From Lama guanicoe (lineage: Eukaryota), in assembly GCA_013239625.1 (NCBI GenBank), contig MU053810.1, positions 1,623,518 through 1,687,517 on the forward strand: a stretch of 64,000 bases of DNA, read 5' to 3'. Shown here in pieces: positions 52,421 through 64,000 of the stretch (positions are counted from its first letter, which is position 1; each line of letters starts with the position of its first letter). The notes beneath the pieces were generated by a model. That model searched no databases, was not told the origin of the DNA, and worked only from the letters and a program-made list of their open reading frames with translations. A program made the translations under genes and the position numbers.

Positions 52421-55400
52421 ACGTCCGAAGGGCTGAATGACTTTGGACTTTAAGCCCCAGAAGGGCAGATTTTCTGGACCAAGGTGATACTTGATTTCTT
52501 GGCAATGTCCTGATTCTAAGTAACCCGTCCCTTAGCCAAGTCACAAGGAGCAGAGCCAGCCTCTGAGAAACAGAAGCCCGGCGGGGTTTCAGGGCAGCTC
52601 GGGCCAATGTAGGACAAGGAAGGCAGCAGTGCTTCCCTGAAGCCAAAGAAGAGGATCGTTCAGAGTAACCGAGATTCCCTGCTGAAGGGCAGGCCACTGC
52701 TCCGGGAAGGCGGAGGGTCCAGGGATGAGGGCAGGCCTGATGGGGGGAATTCCCAACTGTGAGACCCCTCCAGGAGGAAGGGGATATGGGACAGCAGCGG
52801 CTGTTGCTGCCTCAGTAGGTACCCTACTGGACAGAAGGAAAGAGTGGCCTGATGGGACAGTCCCCAAGTACCTCAGTCCACTATTTGGTCAAGAATGTGT
52901 GAAAGGAAGGATTTCAGGACCAGCTACTGAAGGTGCTTGTGAAGGCAGTGGTCCAGGTAAGCAACTGTGTTAGCTCTGTGTCTATTAAAATCTCTCTAGG
53001 GAGAAATCTATGTCTTTTTAATGTTGTCCAAGTGGCTTCTTTATTTCAGTGTATTCTTTGTGTAATAAAGAGCCAGTTTGCTCTCTGTACATACAGAATA
53101 CGTAAGTGACTTGCCTTTTCAAAACACATGTGGATGGTACACCAGTCAGGTCAAGGACCAAAGCATGCATTTCTTTGTCTTCTAGAAGCCATGGGTCGTT
53201 TGTACCGCGGTCCGTCCTGGGGCGTTTCTCCTGTGGTTGGCCCACGTCTGCTGGCACTAGGCTCTTACCTACCGGAGGCGGGGGGTGGGGGGGAGGCGGG
53301 GCGTGGAGCCGCTATTCAATTCAGTTAGAAAAAGCTTATTTTCGTTGACTAAACTGCAACAGTGTTTTTCAACACTTCATGCTTAGCAGGTGGCTGCGAT
53401 GGAACTGATAAAATATTAGAACGAATCAGATTCTGCCTCAAAATTACCTGGAGCACTTCTTAAAAATGTGACTCTCTGGGTCTGGCACCAGACCTGCTTA
53501 CAAAGCAACTACTCTAGGATTTCTGTGTTGCAAGAGCAAGGGGTCAGGGACCTGGTTAGAAGGTGTGGACAAGGCAGGGGGTGAACCTAGAAAATTGTCT
53601 TTAAGCTGAGTTTGCAAAGCATGCGCACTCTTTTTGCATAGACTCTGTTACATTTTCATGGAAAATTTTTTCTCATGTTTCAGAATCAAAGTACACATAA
53701 GATTTGTATTTTTAATTAATTATTATTATTTTATTTGGGGAGACATTGGAAAGCTGATGTGGATAATGGGGACCAACCACCTCTAGACGCTACCACCCCC
53801 TTCTCAACTGGACTTTCTGGCAACAGGACCCAGAAATCTGGTTTCCAATGAAATTCCCTAGGTGCCCCTTATGTTTATGATGCTTGCTAAAGGGACAAAG
53901 CACGTTTTAAGAAACACAGCACTTTTATGTAACATCTGGTCAGTGGAGACTCCGTTGTAAAAACGAACGTATAAAAATCTTCCTATTTACACCATCAAGA
54001 AAGCAATTAGGGTTTTCAGGCATAAATTCAACTACAGCTGCCTAGAAACCATAAAAGGAAAAAAAAAAGTCACTATTCATCCCTAGATAGCAGATCTAAT
54101 TACTTTCTGGGAATAGTTTGCTTGACAGGTCAAGATTTAGACTACGGAGCACAGGATTCTTCTTACAAGGCCCAATGTCACCTCTGCTGGGTGTCTGTCT
54201 TCCAGAGCTTTTCGCTGGGGACGGGTACTTGTTGTTTTCACGTTTGTTGCTGTCTGGCGGCATTTAAAGACAGTTTGGGCCTAATGTCTTTCATTAACCT
54301 TCCCCCACATCTACGTTCTAAGCAATAGCACGGTTTATCTCCTGCCCTGTTCCTTGTTATGCTGATTTCTTTCGGACACAAGGGCCTTCTGTATCTTCGT
54401 ATCAGCATGTCCACGGTGCCACACATAGGCTGACAGGCTCCTCTTAGCTTGGGCCAAGTGCAAACTGTGGGGTTCACATTCTTCAAGTTAACATTGCAGA
54501 CCCATGCCCTGTGGGTGAGATCTCCAAAGGGGAGAGAGGGGAAGAATTTTATTTTCTCTCCTCAGTGATCCAGTGAGACAGTATCTGTCACAACCACCTC
54601 ATTCATATAACCTGTTCTCAAAGTGAACAACATCTGTAGTGGCTCCTTGAAAAATCGAGCCTGTGGGTACAACAGAGCACTTAACTTCAGAGAAGTGATG
54701 TAAACACCAGGCTGAACAAATACGGTACCACTTTTGCTTGGCAGAAGCAATGTCTTTTCTAAGATTAAAGTCTTCTATACAAAAGCCTTTCGTATCCTAA
54801 ATGGAAGGCAAAAGGATGTATAAAAACACATTTCTTTCAAATTCTCAAGCATAAAGAGTAAATTCATAGCTAACAAAGAGCTCCCGTGAGTCCCTAATTT
54901 TGGAAAGGCAGAATTCAAAACAAAAATGTTCAGAAAATGCCATTATGGAGGTCTTGAGTTTGTGACATATTGATCTATTCTGGGTTGTTGGTTGGAATGT
55001 ACATGGCCCAGCCTTTCCTGCGAGAGTCACACTTGCCCCCGCACCGGCCAGCGTGGGCCCCAGCGTGGCATCTGGGAACTGCCTATCGGGTCTGTCGATT
55101 CCACTCCCAACCCGCGTGTTTTGGCCTGAAGAGGAGGTCTTCAGCTTGAAGATGCTGAGAATCTGCCTGTAGCTCAGAGAATATTTAAGATAATTTATTA
55201 ACATTGAATACTTAGGGTGAAAATGTTCAGCTTGCTGAGCAATATTTTAAAAATTGGCCATGTTGTGCATTTTCATGTGCTAAAGCACAATCCATCACCT
55301 TCCTTCCCTTTGCCTTACACACCGAGTGGCTTTCAGCCAATAAATATCGATGTTGTCTGGCAAGATGTTTTGTTGGTTGAGCTGTCTGTGTAAAACCCTG

Positions 55401-56454
55401 AGCTGTCTCACAATCATCAGGACCTTCCAGCCTTGAGTGATTTTTCTTCCTCCAATAGAAGCAGTTTGAGTATTTAGATCTTAACATTTTGACAGTCAGA
55501 CAGAGTCTCCCTGATGAAGAGCCATGAAAGTGTAATTTCTTACCCTAATGAACTTGATAATTTAAAACTGGGAGCACTGTATTAGCAGTTTGTTTTAAAA
55601 GGAAAAAAAAATAAGTAAGGCTACATCTGGAAGCAGCATTTCTGTTGATGGATCATAGTTTCCATATCCTGTGTTTATTTCATGAGAATCTTTTCATTAG
55701 TGAGTTCCCCGTTCCCCACTACTTCTGACATGTCCTTGAACCTTCCCAGTGTGTTAATCAAGGACACGTGAGTCATGGCATTTGGTCACAACACCCTTCC
55801 TGTGCCTTAACTCATATGCTAATGAAGAGCATGTTAGCCTGTACAGAACGAAAGAAATCGAATATATAAAACCCCATGGCGCAGGCTCTATAAATCATTA
55901 TTGCTCTCTTCTTTTTTTCATAGAATCAAAATTATCTAAACAGCAATGGGTCAAAGAGTGAAAATTTGAATACTTTATAGCACTGGGGACCTAGGCGGCC
56001 TGGAGGTGTTTCAAATCTACTTGAACTCTGTGTCTGACAAGTGGTCCCTAAGTGGAGATGAAGGATTTCTCCTAACGCTGCACTTTCTGTGCCAATGCTT
56101 GCTTTTCATAGCTGCAGTGATGGAGCTAAATGTTTCCAATATGTATTAAATTAATTTTTAGTGAAAAAACCCTAAGGCAAATGAGAATTTATAGTCTTGC
56201 ATTTAAGAAGAAAGCAGACGTATGAGCAAATGAGGTATTTTTTCTGTGTTGGAAACAAGTATCGAGAGTCAACATTTTAGTGAACCTATTGTTAGTTTCA
56301 GAGTCTGCTATTTGCAAGGAACAATGCTGGACACTGTTGATGAAACAAACAAAAGGCATGATCTCTGTGCCCAGGAGAGGTAGAGATACAGTGTACCTGT
56401 ATAGGTGTGCCGCGGTGTACCTGTAGTAGACCATCCCTGTTTACCACCTGTTGG

Positions 56455-56650
56455 GTAGCAGGGTATGTTGGTTAAAGGTGCAGGCTCTCGAGTTTATGGC
56501 CTTGGTTCAAACCCTACCTCTGCAATTAATATTTTTTGCCTTCTCTTCCTTAGTTTTTTAATCTGTAAATTGGGTGTTTTGTAGCCCCTACCATACAAAT
56601 TGCTGTGAGAGTTAAATTTTGCAATACATATAAAATACATAGAACAGTCA
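56455..56650 (+). mobile_element. MIR SINE remnant
   Basis: ggttcaaaccctacctctgc..ttagttttttaatctgtaaattggg..ttgctgtgagagttaaat. Confidence 0.65.
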
Positions 56651-57059
56651 ACTTTTTATATTCACTAAGGACTGTTTATCTATTCCATCATTTAGTAATA
56701 TTAGTACGGCGTATCATCCCCCCCCCCAAATTGTATTTGACCTTATGTAGCAAATAAAGCTGCTAGGGTGCTGGGGCACAAGCGGGGCTTATTCCTCGTT
56801 AGAAGACTCATTTCAGTGCATCCGCCCCACAGTGGGTAATTCAATCAGCGTTTCTGCAAAACCATAAATAATGCATGTCATGTTCATTGACTCACAAATA
56901 GTCAAAATGGAAAATTTAAAATTAGTTAAATTCAAAGATCTGCCGTTAAATTTACATCCAGACGCACGTGTGCACACACACACATTCATATGCATGTCAT
57001 ACATTGCAGAGATATTTATTACCCAAAGCTTTGCAAGCCCAGATGAAGACAAATTAATT

Positions 57060-57600
57060 TCTACTTCATGTGTCATGATTGGATTTTTGGAGGGAATAGC
57101 ATTTGACTTGAGCCTTGAAGCAGGAGTAGGATTTGGGGAGGCTGAGAAGCTGGGGGAGGGAGCTGCAGGCAGAGGAAGCAGATGCACAGGTGAACTGTTC
57201 ACAGCTCACGTAGAGAGTGGTGAGCGGGCCAGTGACTTGCACATGAGGCACGGAGATGTTTGTTAAGAGATAAGGTCAAGGAGATAGGTTAGCAACGTTC
57301 TGTAGAAGTCTCTGGCTTTAGAAGGTTGAACTTATTTTGGTAACCAGTAAGGGGGGTGGTTGACAGTTCTGTGGAGATTACCATGATTGTGAAAGACGGA
57401 TGGGAAGCAGATTCCTGGTTACCATTTCTTAAGTGGTTAAAAAGCTATAGGACCTAAATTGGGCCAAGACAGGAGACTGCAAAGGGAATGGAGAGAGGTG
57501 ACAGCTCGTGGACAGCACTCTTACACTGGGTAGTTAATTGAGAGTGAAAGAGAGCCCAGGAGAGAGTAACAATGAACTGCTAGAAGGAAAGCAGGATTAC
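57060..57600 (-). mobile_element. L2 LINE remnant
   Basis: ggagggaatagcatttgacttgagccttgaagcaggagtaggattt L2-like segment. Confidence 0.5.
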
Positions 57601-60530
57601 TAGCACTCATGCATTTGGTGATAGTCCACCTTTGTTTTCACATGGGCTCCAGCTTGACGTGGTAAAGAGGCAAATGAGCATTGGGTTCTATATCCATTGT
57701 GTCTTTGTGTTTTTTTTTCTTTTTTCAAAAGTTTTTTGCAGTGGGGTGAAAAGGGGGTAAATCTCACAATTCCCTTGACCTGCACACCCTGGTAAGCCAT
57801 GGGCCTTGTGCCCTGGCATCACCTTGGGCACATCTGAGTGTCAAGGAAGTTGGCTCACCACAGATGAAGCCGAGGCTTACCCCTGAGTCAGCCAGCCAAC
57901 CTAAGCGCTGGGTGCGCGGTGCCCACGGATGCAAGTCATGACTCGTATCCCAATCCTATGCCATTTTTAAAAAATCAACAGCAGGAGAATTAAACCATAA
58001 ATAGGGGGAAATGCCCATATGTACTCTGGGGTACCAGGTTACTTTTTAAAGCTCAAGCATGTTTTCTGCCAAAATCAAATAACAGGAACTATTTTCCACA
58101 GAAAATGAAGGAAAAGGCAAAACTGACATCGTCCTTAGGTTTATTACCAAAATCTGAAATGACAGCAGAAGGTGAGGAAGCTATAAATCCAAGCAGGAAG
58201 CAGCCCCGGTGATGAGCAGGATGAATGAATTAGATGGAGGGGAAGATGTGGAGGGTGATGGGTAGTGCAGTCGTACTTCCAAGCCGGAGACAATGCCAAT
58301 AACTGTGGTCTTAGACCAGGGTCTCTAATGCATTTCTGTCAAGTACTGTGCCTTCAAAGTGATTCATGCAAGAAATTCAGTGATGGAAAGTGATAAAGGG
58401 CTTGGGCAGCCTTACAACTGAGGGTTTTTAGGTCTGTCCTCATCAAAATACAGTAGCATCAATTACATAGGAAGTTGAAGAGTCTGTGATATGGTTTTAG
58501 GGCAACTAACTTAAAACAGCACAGGGTTTCTTTAAAAGGGTTGGTATGATCTTGAGCTGTTCCTTTCCATTCCTTTATTTTCCTATTTTAAAAAAAAGCA
58601 GTGTTTTTACCTATGAGTTCAGGATACCATGTCTGAAGTTCTGTTCATTAGACATCTGATTGGATAGTCTAGGAAAAAAAAAAATCCTTAACAGTAGAAA
58701 TTGTACAAATGGGTTTCCATACTCATAATACTTCTAATATTTTTTAAAAGTGTGCTTTTTCAAGTAATACTAACATACGGTGAACCTTTATCCTTTAGGA
58801 GCTATTTTTGTTGGGGAATTATTTTCAGGGACTTTCAATATAAAGTTATAGGGGGAAACTGGGATGAAAGAGAAACCAAAACAAGACAAGGAAGGAGAAA
58901 AGAGGTGAAGGGAAGACAGGAGAAGTGAGGAGAGGCAGGGGAAACCATCCAGGGAGCGAAGAAGGGCCAGAGGACGGAAGGAGGGAGACGGTGGCGGGGA
59001 GCGGAGGAAAGAGAAATGGACAAGAAGGGAGAGGAAGAGATTAAAAGAAAGGAAAGGACCGAGAGTCACCAGAATTTCAATACCTGGCAGAAGAAGAGAG
59101 CAAATGAAGGGTCACTAGGGGTCAGGGGTCAGAAGGAGAAGGAGGAGCCGTACCCAGATTTTTAAGGGAGAGATGGTTTTAAAACAAAAGGAGGGACCAA
59201 CAGTGCCAGATGTAGACAAGAACCAAGCAGGAGAAATCTCTGTGCCAGGAGGACTCCAAGCTTATATTCTATAAGAATTACTCATCTGTGAGGCTAAGTA
59301 CTTTTTTTGTATATTTGATTACTGGTAATATATATTTTTGATCTTGAAACTTGAAAGTTCATGCAAATTTATAGATTTATGTTCTGGGGAAGGAAGTCAG
59401 GGGAAAAAAGTGTTCATTGATGAATATAAAACCATTAATGAATATAAACCATTGCTGAAGATAAAACCATCATTACCAGCGTTGGACAAACAGCATGCTC
59501 TCTCCCACAGGCAGGATCTGAATATTTGTTTCATACATGAATAAAAGCAAAATTAATTCCTTTCTTAGATTTATCGGAACAAGATTTTTAGGAGAGCGAT
59601 TCTGCAGGTTTTCCATTTGGCTGGCTTTCAGACCGACCCAGTCATTTCCATCCGGTAATCTGCAGATTGCTTTCTTGTTGTGCTTTGGGAATACAGTTCC
59701 GATGGGCCCACTTAGAGAGACCAGTGCTCAGAACTGATCCAGGAGCATTTGTCTCCTGTGAATAAGTAATTTAGAGTTGAGAGCATATTTCACACAGCCA
59801 GGGTGAAGAGACATCTTATTTCACCAAGAAATAGGTCATTTGAACCAGGAGACTCCGAGAGAGTGTTTAAGGTAATTACGTGGAGCAGGTGGGCTTCACA
59901 GTGAGTGCTGACTTTGATGAAAGAGAGATCATAGTCTGAAAATAGCCCATGTCGTGTTGAGTTCTGGAGGGAGAAAAGGAAAAATTTAATAACTGGCTTT
60001 GAAGTGAATACCAATATTCTGTCACCCCTCACTTGTTTTCCATGGCAGATTAAAGACACTATTACTGTTTTTTAACTTTGTCTCTGTAGGAAACTTGAGA
60101 GCAGTGCTCTTTTTCCATTTCCTTAATTTCTTCCTTAAAAACTTGTCCCAATTATAGCTTTTGGATTTAGCATGAATCTATTTGTTTTTACTCATAATTT
60201 TCTTTTTCCAAACTTAAGGTTGAATTAAAAAAAATGGAAATCTGAGTCTAGCAGAGTATCAGCAATTTATCTTTTTAGGTAAATCTACTTTTGAAAATGC
60301 CCAGGCAGTTTCAACAGAAGTCAATGGAGATGGGTTATGGATGCCCCAAGATTTGTTTAAATTAGGGGGCAGCACCTTGCTGAAAATACATTGTTTCCTT
60401 GAAATGGAAATATGAGAAGAACTAATTATTTGTTTTGCAAAGTATTTTATTTTTAAAATAATATTCTTCTAAAGGTAATGAATACATAACTTTGAAAGCA
60501 ATATTATATTGCTTGGTTTTTCTCTCTCCT

Positions 60531-60570
60531 TATAGATATAGATATAGATATAGATATAGATATAGATATA
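60531..60570. repeat. (TATAGA)n microsatellite
   Basis: About 6.5 perfect hexamer units. Confidence 0.9.
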
Positions 60571-60610
60571 TTTAGTCTATGTGGCAGACATAAAATGTCA
60601 ATTTTTCATT

Positions 60611-61680
60611 TGTATTTGCCTTTGACTTCTGTAACAAATTTCCACAAACCAGGTGGCTTAAAACAACAGAAATGTATTCTGTCACACTTCTGGAGGCCAG
60701 AAGTCAGAAATGAGCGTGTCCACTAGGCTGAAATCACTGTTGGCCAGGCCATACTCACTATGCAGGCTCTAGATGGAAAAGTGCCACTTGCCTCTTCTAG
60801 TCTGAATTCCTTGGTCTGTGACCACGTCACTCCACTCTTCTGGGCCAATATCTTCTCATCTCTCTGGGCTCTGTCCTCACATAATTTTCTCCTGTCTGTG
60901 CTCATGTGCCTACTCTCCTGGTGCCTCCTTGTTTTAAGGATACAAGTGATTGCATTAGGACCCAACCAGATGGTCCAGGATGATCTTTTAACACCTTAGG
61001 ATCTGCCAAGACCTTTTTTTTTTTCAACTGAAGTACAGTCAGTTACAATGTGTCAATTTCTGGTGTACAGCACAGTGTCCCAGTCATGCATATACATATG
61101 CATATTCATTTTTATATTCTTTTTCATTAAAGGTTATTACAAGATATTGAATATAGTTCCCTGTACTATACAGAATTTGTTTTTTCATCTGTTTTTATAT
61201 ATAGTGGCCAACATTTGCAAATCTCAAACTTCCAAATTTATCCTTTCCCACCTCCTTTCCCCCGGTAACCATAAGATTGTTTCCTATGTCTGTGAATCTG
61301 TTTCTGTTTTATAGATGAGTTCATTAGTGTCCTCTTTTTTTTTTTTTCTTTTAAGATTCTACACATGAGTGATATCATATGGTATTTTTCTTTCTCTTTC
61401 TGGCTTACTTCACTTAGAATGATAATCTCCAGGTCCATCCATTTTGCTGCAAATGGCATTATTTTATTCTTTTTCTATGGCTGAGTAGTATTCCATTGTA
61501 TATATATACTACAATTTCTGTATCCAGTCATCTGCTGAGGGACATTTAGGTAGTTTCCATGTCTTTGAAAGACTTTTTTTTTTGCCAGATTAGGTGACAT
61601 TCAGATGTTCCAGGGATTAGGGTTTAGGTACTTGGGGACAGGGCGGCGGGGCTGAGGGAGCATTTTTTAGCCTGAGACAC
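60611..61680 (-). mobile_element. MaLR LTR (MLT1C-like) split by a younger L1
   Basis: ctgtaacaaatttccacaaaccaggtggcttaaaacaacagaaat..atctgccaagacc | L1 | ..gattaggtgacattcagatgttccagggattagg. Confidence 0.8.
61014..61563 (-). mobile_element. Younger lineage-specific L1 3' end (ORF2 C-terminus plus 3'UTR)
   Basis: ORF 61238..61459(-) MPFAAKWMDLEIIILSEVSQKEKEKYHMISL is the L1 ORF2 end. Poly-T at 61014, TSD-like aagac(c/t)tttt on both sides. Confidence 0.92.
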
Positions 61681-61684
61681 TGTT

Positions 61685-62225
61685 AGTCTTTCTTCCCTGC
61701 TAATAGAATCCTGATTTTGTTCAAGGTGTCAGTATTTCTGTAAGATGTTGTCATTGGCTTATGATGACTCTAAACCAGTTACGGCAGTCTGTCTCGGCAT
61801 GCTGTACAGCTGTGGTTGGCCCTGTAATCCAGTCCTGGCAAATGAGATGTAAGGAAAAATCATAGTGGCTGTGAGCTTTCAGAACGGGGCTTCACTAAAG
61901 ACACCAAATGGAACAGGCATTACGAACACCATCTCTGGCCCCATTTTCCGCCTTGAAATGAGACATGATTCCTTGTTACTAGGTAACAGTTTGTGAATCG
62001 GGAGGCAAAAAGCTTTTAAAGGGGAAGAAAGTGGCAAAGCTAAAGACGGGAGCATTGAAAGAAGATCATCGTTAAACAGCTGAAACAATGCCAACAACTT
62101 CCCATTCCAGAGTTCTTGATGTGTAAAAATGTAAATCAAATAAAGTAAAATAAAATAAAATAAAATAAAATAAACCAGTGTTTGTTTAAGCCACTTAGAT
62201 TTGCTGCAACCAAAAGCATTTAAAA
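61685..62225 (+). mobile_element. Old MaLR LTR (MLT1J/K/L-like) containing a (TAAAA)n expansion
   Basis: ccctgctaatagaatcctgattttgttcaag..ggcaaatgagatgtaag..tttaagccact..tgcaaccaaaagcatt. (TAAAA)n at ~62138-62175. Confidence 0.6.
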
Positions 62226-64000
62226 TACTGTTAAATACATTTAAAAATATTTAGAAAATACTGAACAGCCCCAAAAAGAGAAGGAAATCACTATTAATAT
62301 GGGCACTGAGGAATTATCACTGTTACCATTTTGTAGTGTATGCTCTCAGCCATAAGAAGGGGTCTTGCAGAACATACTGTTTTAGAAATTGTTCTTTTTG
62401 GTCTAATTATGTTATGACCATTTTCTCATGTCATGAAATACTCATTTGCAAAGCTCATGTCTGCGTGGTGGTCCATTGGTTTGATAAACCATGATTAAAT
62501 ACTCTTCACTGAAATTTCATTTAAAAATTAAGGATTGATTACTTTAAGTACTTTCCTTTCCAGTCTCTTTCCCACAGACCCTCAAAAGAATGTTTCAAGG
62601 TTTGTTGTTCACTGTTGCTTTTGTTGAGTGCTTCTTTGTTTACCAATAAAATGTAAAATGAACAGCAAAAAAGAAAAAGGTAGTGCTAAGTCATTTGAGT
62701 GAGGAGGGCCTCTCAGCCATGAGAAAATTGTATTTTTGTTTTCACAGTGTTCCATCTCCCCCTTGAGAAATCTGACAGAAAGTTCTGAGAAGATAAAATC
62801 TGGTGAGGGTTGACTGAGGGAGTGATTATGGTGCTAAGGAGATTCTCTTCATTACGTTTGATAGCAGTCTTATAATTTGTTTTACCATGTTCCTTTCGTG
62901 ATACATTCTCAAAGTAGCTTTTATGTAAAGGTAACATGGCATAGTTGTGATGTAATGAGCCTTAAAATACAAAATCAATATGTAATATTGATGCTAAAGA
63001 AAAACAGAACATTTCTCTTAGCACATATTCAGAAAATGAATTCACTGAAAATATGAGTCTAACAACTTATTCTTTGCCACAGAATTTGTCAGAGGAAACT
63101 GAGCCAGTGGGTTCAGGAAAATAAACAAACTCTGTCTTTCTTGTCACTGAAAATAAGGAGACAGTGAGTAGGAGAGGTTTGTTCTAGCAGATGCGGACTG
63201 TCTGTGGAAGGATTCCCAGCTGTGGGAAACCGTGAGGAGTGGCGAGGGAAAGTGTTGAAGGGTTTCAGGTCAAAGCGATGATTCACGCAGAGAAAATCTA
63301 ACCGTGTCCTTTCTCACTGAGACCGAGGTACCAAATGCTTAGTCTGCATGTAGGAGTTTGTGATGATGTTTTCATAAATTTGTAATTTCCCTTGTGTTTT
63401 CATTTGTAATTCCATATATGTATGGGTGAAGGTGTGATCATGAAAAAATTAGTGGGTTTCCATAGCAACATAACAGGAAATCCGTAACATGGAGGTGATG
63501 TGATGAAAACTGTTTCTTCCTCCAAGGTGAAGAAGGGGGGAAGTACAATGAACATAGCGGCCTGATCGCCCAGGTGTAGCCATGGGGTGTAATTCACAAG
63601 GCACTTGATGTGATGGAGAGTTGACTGCAGCCCCGTCGCTCAGGACATGTCATTCTTGTTCTTCTCTCCTCCCCCTAGTATGTAATTTAAGGTAAAATTT
63701 CCTCGGCCCACAGAGTGAGTGGTAACCACTTAGCAGCACAAGTGATGGAAAGAAAAGAGAGGACAGTCTTTTGGTCAGTTAATTACTTTTGCCGGTAATT
63801 TGGTGCATTTTACATTTTGATTTGCGGTTCAATCTGTTGATCTCAAAAATATTCATCACCAAAATACAGTTTTTCCTGGGTGCTTGTCTAAATGAGATGA
63901 AAATCGCATGCAGCCCAAATCATATTCACATGAGCTAGAAGAAAAAAAAAAATCTAAACAACAAAGGGTGAGCTCTGTTGGCAGTTACACGGTAATCACT

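Noticed and set aside
61048..61459. ORFs 61048..61314 and 61238..61459
   Set aside because: L1 ORF2 terminus and 3'UTR, not host genes.
63400..63597. 65-aa minus-strand ORF, or a further PLXDC2 exon nearby
   Set aside because: No recognisable homology. The next expected PLXDC2 peptide (FIYTGEVVHRMLTATQY) was not found in the window.

Overview
Mammalian genomic DNA. The L1 3' ends look cetartiodactyl and I saw no Alu, Bov-A/BovB, PRE-1 or CAN SINEs, so a camelid is plausible but this is inference. The window lies inside the large gene PLXDC2 on the + strand. Two coding exons with canonical splice sites are visible: 22772-22918 ([14 protein letters not shown]...HRQAA) and 42818-42887 ([23 protein letters not shown]). 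The rest is intron containing MaLR/ERV solo LTRs, L1, L2, MIR, Tigger/MER DNA transposons and microsatellites. The standout is a near full-length processed copy of KHDRBS1 (Sam68), inserted in sense orientation between the two exons (35224-37714) with a poly(A) tail and a perfect 13-bp TSD. It has lost its start codon, carries two microhomology-bounded 5' deletions and has a frameshift before the Tyr-rich tail/NLS. It nonetheless keeps a dense CpG island and a 299-codon ATG ORF spanning the KH domain, and shows a strong A/T-to-G/C substitution bias. No prokaryotic-type system, CRISPR array or RNA gene was seen. Comparisons with parental genes rely on recalled human sequences, and repeat family names and boundaries are by eye.
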